From an uncultured Lentisphaerales bacterium (GTDB lineage: Bacteria; Verrucomicrobiota; Lentisphaeria; JABSQK01; UBA12247), in the NCBI GenBank assembly GCA_943788985.1, contig CALSSJ010000036.1, forward strand, positions 32,001-96,000: a stretch of 64,000 nucleotides of DNA, written 5' to 3'. How positions within the stretch are numbered: the stretch's first letter is position 1; every line of letters begins with the position of its first letter. A program made the position numbers and the translations under genes. Positions 47,348-56,453 of this stretch are shown one piece after another. The notes under the pieces are model-generated. The model had not been told where the DNA came from. It made no database searches and saw nothing but the letters and a program-made list of their open reading frames with translations.

Positions 47348-48527
47348 ATGAGCTACCAGATCGCCATCGTCATGTCGGAAGTGTTTCTCCGGCGGCTCAC
47401 GCCGTCGTTGACGCCGTTTGTGCGACGGGACGTTGACTACCGCATCGTCAGCATTCATCGCCCCACTGAGGAGTTGCATGAGTTGATCCGTGACATTGCG
47501 CCGGATGGGCTGATGACGGAATGGCTGCCGGGAAAGACGGACGCGCTATTGGCCATGGTGCGTGGACATTCCCACAGTGATCGTGGATACGGACTACAGC
47601 TACCCGGGCGCGCTGAGCGTGGATGTGGACGATTTTGGCCGTGGGCCGGGAAGCGGCCCATGCGTTTCGTCAGGCAGGGCTGCGTCACATGGCCTGCTTG
47701 GGCAACGGGCAGCCGTATTCGGAGCAGCGCATTCAGGGCTTTCGGCAGGCGGCTGACAGCGACTCTGCCGTCACCGTGCACAACGAGCGGGGCTTCGAGG
47801 ACACGCGCTACAGTGAGTCCTTTCTGCGCCCCAGTGCGGCTTTGGGCCAGTGGCTGCGGGACTTGCCTAAGCCCATCGGTATCTTTGCGGTGCATGACCC
47901 ACTGGGGCGCTATCTCTGTGGTGCCTGCCAGCAGTTGGGGCTGGGCGTGCCAGACGACGTGTCGGTGATTGGCGCCAATAACGACGAACTCGTCTGCGGT
48001 TTTGACGCATCCCAAGCTCTCCAGCGTCGCAATTCCATGGAACGCCATCGGCGAGACCGCGGGCGCCTGCATGCAGGGCTTGATCACGGGCGAGTTGCGA
48101 TTTCCGCAGAAACCGCGGCTGGTGCCACCCAGCGGCGTGGTCCTGCGCCATTCGGCAAATCACTTTTCCGTGGATGACCCGATGCTGCGCCGGGCGATGG
48201 CCTACTTTTCGGAGCGTCTGCAGGAGCCGATCAACGTGAGTATTCTATGCGACGACCTGCGGATTGCGCGGCGCAGTCTGGAGCGCAAATTCCAGGATCA
48301 TTATCACTGCACGCCCTGGGAAATGCTCTGCCAACTGCGGGTGAATCACGCCAAGCGCCTACTGGCGGAGACCAGTCACTCGGTGGCGCGCGTGGCCGAC
48401 TTATGCGGCTTCAACGATCCGGAGCAGTTCGCGGTGGTCCTTTAAGCGTCTCACGAAGATGCCGCCCTCGCACTACCGTAGACGCCTGTATGCCAACTCG
48501 GTGCGTTCAGCCTCCTCCAGTCAGTAG
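47348..48527 (+). CDS. XylR-like regulator (periplasmic-binding-protein fold + AraC HTH), about 4 frameshifts
   Basis: LPKPIGIFAVHD, VPDDVSVIGANND...C...P.LSSV, RRSLERKF, LRVNHAKRLL, VADLCGF; divergent from xylA. Confidence 0.8.
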
Positions 48528-48663
48528 GCCCGATTAGGGAGAAAAAATTAACGAACGAGATTAGGGATCTCGAACTGATTGCTGGGCAGTTGCCCTGGGG
48601 AACGATTTCTGGTTGGTAGTGAGCCCGCCCCATCTTATAACCACGGACGACTGACAACGGACA

Positions 48664-48720
48664 ATGCCCCAACCAAACATCATCCTTATTTTGTGCGCCG
48701 ACCTGGGCTATCAGCGATAA
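48664..48720 (+). pseudogene. 18-codon sulfatase N-terminal stub
   Basis: MPQPNIILILCADLGYQR-stop matches the PN(I/V)..I..DDLG(Y/W) start of both sulfatases in this window. Confidence 0.55.
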
Positions 48721-48858
48721 AATCAACGGGCCCTAAAGTTATGACGTCCAGTGCCACACGTGCGCATGGTAATGTGCAGTAAACTGGTCGTGAAATTTTG
48801 AACGCCAACGGCCCCTCAGTAAGCCCTCTTATCGCCCCCCACAACACCGGAACACCGC

Positions 48859-51526
48859 ATGAAGCTTTCCGCCATCATTTTGCTCGTTTACTCGTTTGCA
48901 GCTCTTTCCCTTCTGGGCGAAGCCAACATCATCTGGATGGACAGGCCCTGCTGGGGACTGGCAACAAGAATGCCTGCCCATCGGCAACGGCCGCATGGGC
49001 TGCATGATCTACGGTGGAATCGAGAAGGAACACATCCAGTTCAACGAAGACACCGTATGGATCGGTGACGAAGAAGACACCGGGTCGTACCAGGCATTCG
49101 GCGATCTCTACCTGGCAATCGGGGGCTCCCCATCAGCACGGCAGCGAATAAGCAATCCAAGCAAACACGCAACGTCACCCTCTGAGGCAATTGCAAAGAC
49201 TGCGGATGGGAACAAAAATACAAAATGGTGCATGGAGCATGAGAACAGAGCCGCCGTCTGGCTGATGGCCCTGGACGGTACCCCAGAGAAGCCATTCCAG
49301 AGCTACTCGTTCACCTCGGCCAACGATGTCCCGAGCCGCGACCCGCAAAAATGGACCTTGGAAGGGTCAAGCGACGGCAAGACCTGGACAATCCTCGACC
49401 GGAAGAACATCGGCGGACCGTTCGAAAGGAGACATCTGACGAAGAGGTTTTCGTTCGATAATGAGACATGCTTCACCTTCTACCGTTTCACGTTTGACCC
49501 GGTCGACAGGTCACATTTCCAGGTCGCAGAGATCACGCTTGCTCACGCCGAATCCGCCGCAGATCCCAACGCCTCCGGCTCATACCGGCGCGAGCTGGAT
49601 ATCGACAAATCCCTGCACAGGATCAAATACGCGAAAGACGGCATCAACTACACGCGTGAATACTTCGCGAGCCACCCCGCCGATGTCCAGGTTTTCCGCC
49701 TGACGGCCGATCAAAAGGGCGCCTACAGCGGTGCCATCTGGCTCAAGGATGCACACAACGGGACCACAACGGCTGAAGGCAACACACTGAGGTTTTCCGG
49801 TCGTCTTTCCGGCAAGTATGGAAAGCCGGAAGAGAACTATGCGATCCAGCTGCAGTACGAAGCACAGGCCGTTGTCATCCATGAAGGCGGATCAATCCAA
49901 GCCACGGACGGAGCGATCGCCTTCAAGGACTGCGACAGCCTGCTTGTCATGCTGAACGGCGGGACCGACTACAACAACCAGCGAGAAAAGGGCTGGAAGC
50001 AGGAACACCCACATGAGCGGATCAGCGAAACACTGGCAAAAGCCTCAAAACGCTCCTTCGATGACCTTCTGCAGGAACATATCGAGGACTACCAGAAGCT
50101 CTATAACCGTGTGACCATCGACTTGGGCACGCCCTCTGACACCGCCCTCAAGGTGCCGACACCGGAGCGAGTTAATCGCTATCGAGGCTCAAGCGCGAAA
50201 CACCAGGGCGGCGTTGCGATGAAGCAGGCGAAGCTGAATCTGAGTGCCGGCACCGGTGACCCAGGCCTGGAGGAGCTGCTCTTCCAGTTTGCGCGTTATC
50301 TGATGATCTCATCGTCACGCCCGGGCTGCCTGCCTGCCAACCTCCAGGGACTCTGGAACCAGAGCAACAGCCCCCCCTGGCGTTCTGACTACCACACGGA
50401 CGTAAACATCCAGATGAACTATTGGTTTGTCGATCAGGCAAACCTGTCAGAGTGCTTTACACCGCTTTCGGAGTGGCTCTGGTCCGTCGTTCCGGTGAAA
50501 CGAGAAGCGACAAAAAAAGCATTTGGCGCCCGAGGCTGGGCCCATCGCGCGGAAAACGGGATTTACGGCGGGGCATCGTTTAAATGGTATCTCGGTGATG
50601 CGGCCTGGCTGATGCAGAATATCTGGGACCATTATGCCTTCACCCAGGACCGGGACTACTTAGAAACCAGGGCATATCCTTTGCTCAAGAATCTGTGTGA
50701 GTTTTGGGAAGATTCCCTCATCGAATGGCCGAATGGCAAGCTGGTCAGCCCCAAGAGCCAGTCCCCGGAACATGGCCCAGAAATGGAGGGCAACTCCTAC
50801 GAGCAGCAGTTGATTTACGACCTCTTCACCAGCTACATCGAAGCCGCAAACGCGCTCGACACCGATCACAACTTCCGCCAGAAAGTTGAATCCATGAGGT
50901 CACGCCTGCTTGGCCCAAGGGTCGGGAAATGGGGCCAGCTGCAGGAATGGGCGGAGGATCGAGACGATCCCAACAATCATCATCGCCACCTGTCGCACCT
51001 GATCGCAGTCCACCCGGGAAGGCAGATCTCGCCACGAACGACCCCAGAACTGGCAGAGGCAGCCAAGGTATCCATGAACGGCCGCGGTGACGGCGCTACC
51101 GGCTGGAGCAAAGCCTGGAAAATCAATATCTGGGCCCGCCTCCACGATGGCAACCGCGCGTACAAATTGCTCAACGAGCAGATCAAGGGCAACTACTACG
51201 GAAACCTGTTTGGCTTCCATCCTCCGTTCCAAATCGACGGCAATTTCGGGTATGCATCGGGACTATGCGAAATGCTGGTCCAGTCCCACATGGGCTTTGT
51301 CCAACTTCTGCCTTCCTTGCCCGATGCCTGGCCCAGCGGAAAAATCACCGGCCTCAAAGCCCGCGGTGGTTTCATTCTCGACATCGAATGGCGAGAGGGA
51401 AAACTGGTCGGATTGACAGTCCAATCCCTCCAGGGCGGCCCCCTGAAGCTGCAATACGGAGACACCGTAAAGGAATTGCAGACAGCAAAAGGCAAGACCT
51501 ATACATTCGAAGGGGCCTTGCAATAG
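48859..51526 (+). CDS. GH95 alpha-L-fucosidase-like protein with inserted discoidin/F5-8-like domain; +1 frameshift at 48946-48948
   Basis: Signal peptide; LPIGNGRMG, PANLQGLWN, DYHTDVNIQMNYW, SPEHG, HRHLSHL, PPFQIDGNFG; insert SANDVPSRDPQKWTLEGS.DG. Confidence 0.9.
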
Positions 51527-51686
51527 GCCAACGACCGAGCGACCGAACAAGGAGGGCTCAAGGACGCCGCCCGCCAACTTCTCGCCACGCTTGGATCTGG
51601 GCGAACCTCTCCTCCCAGTCTCCGTGCATCCGTGGTGAATCCACTCGCGGGCCGACCGAGTCACTGCTATCCCCTCCCGCAATTCG

Positions 51687-52584
51687 TCAGCCCTCGGGGT
51701 CTTCCAGCGGAAGGGCGGCAAGCACGTCGGCGATGACCTGCTTGAGGTCTTTTAGCTCTTCCCTAATCTGATTGCGCTGCGGACCGTGATAGTCGATCTC
51801 GTCTTTGAGGACTTTCTTCAAACTCCGGGTCATGGTCTTGGCGGTAGTGCGGACATGGGTGAGCTCCTTGGGAACGCGCTCAACGTTTGCCGTCACAGCA
51901 ATGGCGCTCTCCAGCCCATCCCGCTTGACCCGATCCACCAATGTGCGCACTTCCTTAGGCGTCGCGTCCTCGACATACGGGAGTATCTCCTCCTGCAGGC
52001 CCTTGTCCAAGCGAATCAGCTCGTTGGCCTGGCTGGCGTTAAGGCTGCCCTCGCTGCGCGCCGCCTTGACGCTGTCCGCAGACAGGTCCTCACGCTTGAT
52101 CGCGGTCTTGATCGCCGCTTTTGAGAGGCCGGTCTTCTCCGCGGTCACGGCGGCAAACGACGTGCGATCCTGTTCTTCCAGCTGCTTCTCTGCCTTCTTT
52201 TCGGCAGGACTCAACTCGCGCGCTTCAATCTCCATCTTGGGCGCCTCCGGGTTCAACAGCTCAAAGATCTCCCGTCCACGGCTGAGGCAGCTCTCCAGCT
52301 CGATCTTGCTCAATGGTTGGCGGATGAGATTCTCATCAATCGAGATCAGCTCTTGCTCAAGCGGATTTTCCTGGCTGATGCGATGGATGGGCACCTCGCT
52401 GACCTCAAGGGCGCGTAAGGCAGAGTAGCGGCGACCACCCGCGATCAATTCATTCGCTTGGTTGATCGTTAGCGGGGTGAATCAGCCCAATCTGTTTGAT
52501 GCTCTCGATTAGGGTGGATACATCGGTGTCAACGCGAAGATACGCACTGTTTACCTGGATTGCGGACAAAGGAATGGTTTCCAA
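51687..52584 (-). CDS. ParB/Srx N-terminal domain protein; TTG start, +1 frameshift at 52474-52477
   Basis: GGAG RBS; LIESIKQIGLIHPLTIN..ELIAGGRRYSAL, IDENLIR..L; HTH-like TAEKTGLSK. Confidence 0.8.
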
Positions 52585-52868
52585 CGAATAACTCCACGAG
52601 ACTTACGGCTTAGCGAAAGGGAAAGAGACAGGAGGATACTGTATTCTGCCTCGCGCGCAAGGGACAGGACGACTCAGTCACTGGCGCTGGAAAGTTGGCC
52701 TCGGGGCGGTGTCTCGCAGAAGGACTGGAGGAAATCGACTCGAGTCGAATCGAGTCGATCCTTTAAAACTCAGCAGGCACGAGAAACGCCTGTTACAAGT
52801 CCCCCCCCATGTTGTAGTGTATGCGAAAACATTGCAGAAACGAATCCCACGGCCCCAAGGAGGGTTCC

Positions 52869-54311
52869 ATGAGCGGAACGAAGCGTTCCAGACGCGACTT
52901 TCTAAAGACGATCGGCGGCGTTGGCACAGGACTGGCCGTGGCGCAATTGGGGGCCGCGGCTCTTCCGCTCCCCTCAAATTCCGCCACGTATCTGGGCGGG
53001 TTTATTGCGCCTAAGCTGGATCTGATCAAGATCGCGATCATTGGCTGCGGCAGCAGAAGCGGCACCCACCAGAATCACCTATCGTCGTTTGAGGGCACCG
53101 AGATTGTCGGTCTCTGCGACCTCTACCCTGATCTCACCGAAAAGGCCAAAGCCACGGTCCTGCGGCGAGGAAAGGGCGAACGCCATCTAGGCGTCAAGCT
53201 CTACAGCGGCGATCCAGACATCTACAAGACGATGCTGGCCGAGACCAAGCCGGACTTGGTGTACGTAGTCACTCCGTGGGCAACCCACGCAGCCATGTGC
53301 ATCGATGCGATGAAAGCCGGGGCCCATGTCTGCTCTGAAGTCCCCCTCACCACTTCACTCGAAGAGTCCTGGAAACTGATCGAGACTGCCGAACGGACGC
53401 AGAAGCATTGCATGATGCTGGAGAATGTGAATTACGGGCGCGAGGAACTGCTCTATCTGAACCTGTGCCGCCAAGGGGTATTGGGCGAGCTATTGCATGG
53501 CGAAGCTGCCTACATTCACGACCTGCGAGGCCAGATGCGTCACGTGGAGCGCGGCCGCGGCACCGGCAGTTGGCGCACCGCTCACTGGGCCCAAGAAAAC
53601 GGCAACCTCTATCCGACTCATGGCCTGGGACCGGTTGCGCAGTACATGAATATCGCGCGCACTGAGGATAATTTTCGCCGCCTGGTGTCCTTTTCTTCTC
53701 CCGCAAGGAATCATGAACTCTATGCGAAGAAGCACCTGAAAGCCGATAGCCCGGTAAACCAGATCAACTTCTCCGCAGGTGGCGATATGAACACCTCGGT
53801 CATCAAGACCATGCTGGGCCGGACGATCATGGTGCAGTGGGACGAGAGCAGCCCACGGCCCTATTCACGCCTCAATCTTATCCAAGGCACGAAAGGAACG
53901 GCGGCAGGCTTCCCTAATCGCATTGCCCTGGACTACGGAAAGGGCGACGGACTGCCAGAGGCCCTGTTCAGCGCGCTAGCTGGCAAGAAGAACCATACCA
54001 ATTCCCATCACTGGCATAATAACCTGGCGGCCTTTTATGCGGCCTACGAGCACCCGCTCTATACCCGGGTGGGCGCAATGGCCAGGAAACTGGGAGGGCA
54101 TGGCGGCATGGATGCCATCATGAACTTCCGCGTCATCGAATGCATCCGCACCGGCCAGCCCCTCGATCAGAACTTATACGAAGGGTGCCTCTGGTCGGCC
54201 GTGACGCCGCTATCGCGAAAATCAGTGGCCGAAGACGGCATGCCGCAGGACTTCCCGGACTTCACCCGCGGAAATTGGAAGACGACGGCTCCGCTGGGGA
54301 TCATTGGATGA
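52869..54311 (+). CDS. GH109 (Gfo/Idh/MocA fold) glycosidase with Tat signal
   Basis: RBS AAGGAGG; SRRDFLK; VTPW..H, SEVP, MMLENVNY, AYIHDLR, YPTHGLGP, GHGGMD, FPDFTRG.W. Confidence 0.9.
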   Translation: MSGTKRSRRDFLKTIGGVGTGLAVAQLGAAALPLPSNSATYLGGFIAPKLDLIKIAIIGCGSRSGTHQNHLSSFEGTEIVGLCDLYPDLTEKAKATVLRRGKGERHLGVKLYSGDPDIYKTMLAETKPDLVYVVTPWATHAAMCIDAMKAGAHVCSEVPLTTSLEESWKLIETAERTQKHCMMLENVNYGREELLYLNLCRQGVLGELLHGEAAYIHDLRGQMRHVERGRGTGSWRTAHWAQENGNLYPTHGLGPVAQYMNIARTEDNFRRLVSFSSPARNHELYAKKHLKADSPVNQINFSAGGDMNTSVIKTMLGRTIMVQWDESSPRPYSRLNLIQGTKGTAAGFPNRIALDYGKGDGLPEALFSALAGKKNHTNSHHWHNNLAAFYAAYEHPLYTRVGAMARKLGGHGGMDAIMNFRVIECIRTGQPLDQNLYEGCLWSAVTPLSRKSVAEDGMPQDFPDFTRGNWKTTAPLGIIG

Positions 54312-54445
54312 GAATATCCAACAGCCAACAGGGAGCCGAGCTTGCGAGACGGCCGTCAGGCAATTTCCAATTACCACATGAAGACCGTTGAGTACGTGCT
54401 CCCGGACTTGGACATTGGAAATTTGTTGGCTGTTGGATATTCAAA
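54312..54445. repeat. Palindromic intergenic element, copy 2 (28-bp insertion at 54334-54361)
   Basis: GAATATCCAACAGCCAACA ... TGTTGGCTGTTGGATATTC terminal inverted repeat; aligns to reverse complement of copy 1. Confidence 0.85.
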
Positions 54446-54448
54446 CCA

Positions 54449-55020
54449 TCATTGACTGAGCACTGCCTGGCGCGAGCGCAGCCATAGGTCATCAAGCCCA
54501 ACCAGCTTGCCTGTGGTCTGCCCCGTGCAGCGGAAACGCAGGCGAAAGCTGTCGGTGAGGTCGTGTTCACCGGCGCGAAAGACGACGCGCCCGGAGTAGG
54601 TCTGGCCAGCCACGAGGGCATAGTCATAGGCGTGGGTGCGTGCCGTCTCCCAGCCGTTGGCAGTGCGGTACTCTACGAGCAGCTCATCGCCGGGGCAGAC
54701 GGTCTCTGCGCGGAACCGGTAGTCTAGCTCGAGCACAGCGAGGCCGGTAGCGTCAATAGTCTCCTGCCATACATAGGTGCGCTCCGTCTTCGAGAGCTGC
54801 ACCAGGCCCCAGCCGTTATTGCCATCAGCGGTCCAATCCTGCTAGCCAATAAGGCGTACCACATCCACGGGGATGTAGCCGCCCTTTCCTGCGAAGTCCT
54901 CAGCCAAGGCGATCGTTAGCGGTTGGGGCCAGCCAGCTACTGGCGGATCAAGGACCAAGGTATGGTCACCGGCAATCTTCTTGCCGACAAGAGCTGTCGG
55001 CTCGCGCCAGCCTTCACACC
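54449..55020 (-). pseudogene. Remnant of an unknown (probably beta-rich) protein with in-frame TAG at 54842-54844
   Basis: Frame continues open upstream of the stop (..VVRLIG*QDWTADGNNGWG..); LVGLDDLWL ending. Confidence 0.45.
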
Positions 55021-55345
55021 AATATGAAGAGCCAATTTAATCTCAGCAAGGCGATCGCACGGGTCTACCACGGAGCCAGGAGAGAGTTCATGTATGATAA
55101 CGAGCAGACGTCAGAGCATGACCTGTTTGTCGATAGCGTCCGCCGCTTAGCCTACATCTTCCTTGCAGCCCAAACTGCGTACGAAGACCATAGCGCTATG
55201 ATGGCGACGATTCACCACAACGTGGCGGAGTTGATCGCGTTCGTGATCTAGGTTGCCTCGCTCGTGTTGCTGGACTTTGTGGTGCAGGACTTTTTCGGCC
55301 CCGCCCCGAGCCCGCATACGCCTGAATGGATCGCAACCGGGCTTT

Positions 55346-56002
55346 TCACAGCCCCGTATCTGACGGCAACAAGTGCCCCTCCAGGTTGGACTCTGCGTCT
55401 AGTCCGCCTGCAAGCGCGGGAACGACTACGATATCCCCGTCCTTGAGCCCCAGCCGGGCATTCCCCGAGACAGGGACGAATGTCTGTGTGCCATCGACAT
55501 TGCGCAGAATGTGCGCAGCGTAAGGATTTGCTCTGCTGGTAAATCCCCCACGCTGGACCAATGTCTCAATGGTAGGCGGACGTTGGGTATGGCGAAAGTG
55601 CATGACTTCTCGCCCTGCCGCGACGGCCTCGCCGCAGACCCAGATTCGGGCGTGTCCAGGCATGACCCGGGCAATCGTGAGAACGTCGCCGGAGCGGATG
55701 CTGCCCGGTGAGTCCATAGTCAGGATACGCACGGTGGCACCCCCAGCTGCATCTCGCGCAAGCTTAATCTGGCGGGTGTCCGCTTCGGGTGCCAGGCCTC
55801 CAGCCAAGTCGACGACTTCTTCGATAGACGTGTAGAATTCATCGGGGAGTTGATGTGCACCTGGAGAGTTGACAGCTCCCAGCACAGTGACTTCGAGCAT
55901 GTCCTGGGCCCGATGAGAAATCTGGTGAGACCGCGTGCGGCAGGAGCTTCCACTCATAAGCAGCAGCAACAGAACAGTAAAATATCCAGCAAATACTTTC
56001 AT
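55346..56002 (-). CDS. SLBB-domain putative lipoprotein
   Basis: Hydrophobic leader + Cys; VTVLGAVNSPG, LAGGL...AD, GGFTSRAN, LKDGDIVVVP. Confidence 0.7.
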   Translation of the reverse strand: MKVFAGYFTVLLLLLMSGSSCRTRSHQISHRAQDMLEVTVLGAVNSPGAHQLPDEFYTSIEEVVDLAGGLAPEADTRQIKLARDAAGGATVRILTMDSPGSIRSGDVLTIARVMPGHARIWVCGEAVAAGREVMHFRHTQRPPTIETLVQRGGFTSRANPYAAHILRNVDGTQTFVPVSGNARLGLKDGDIVVVPALAGGLDAESNLEGHLLPSDTGL

Positions 56003-56048
56003 AGCAAACCTTTCGTAGCAGACCTTTCGTGGGTTGGGTTAGCGGCAA

Positions 56049-56434
56049 TCAAGCGAGTCGACTTGCAGCAAGAGAATCTATTGCGGCTTCCCAGTTCTCG
56101 CCATCAAACCCAGAATAGATACACGTGGCTGGTTCGACATTCTGCAGGCAACGTGCATTCACACAGAAACCGTCAGGGTGGGAACGAGGAACGTAAAAGG
56201 ACTTAACGCCAAAAACTCGGCAGAAGCGATGCTGGGCGCAGTAGCAGTGCCAAAGCGATATGTCCCGAGCATGCCACCGCCCTGCAAAAGCCGAAATGCA
56301 TCATGCGGAACGATCACATGCAAAAAGGAGAGGAACCAGCATATTGAACGGTTGCAGATGACAACAGGCAACCGCTCCGGTGCGTCGCACTTGACGTGAA
56401 CTTTGCCGCAGTGGCAGCCGCCGCGAGATAGCAT
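56049..56434 (-). pseudogene. GFA (CENP-V-like) family protein, frameshifted, two Zn-ligand Cys lost
   Basis: GGCHCG, CNRSIC, then shifted frame HRFCRVFGVKSFYVPRSHPDG..VNARCL..FDGENWE. Confidence 0.7.
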
Positions 56435-56453
56435 GGGACAGTGGGGACGGCGA

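Noticed and set aside
49130..49560. Discoidin-like insert in GH95 as a novelty
   Set aside because: To my knowledge this insertion architecture is already common in GH95 proteins
55024..55251. 75-aa ORF MKSQFNLSKA...
   Set aside because: No recognisable motif or RBS; cannot support a call
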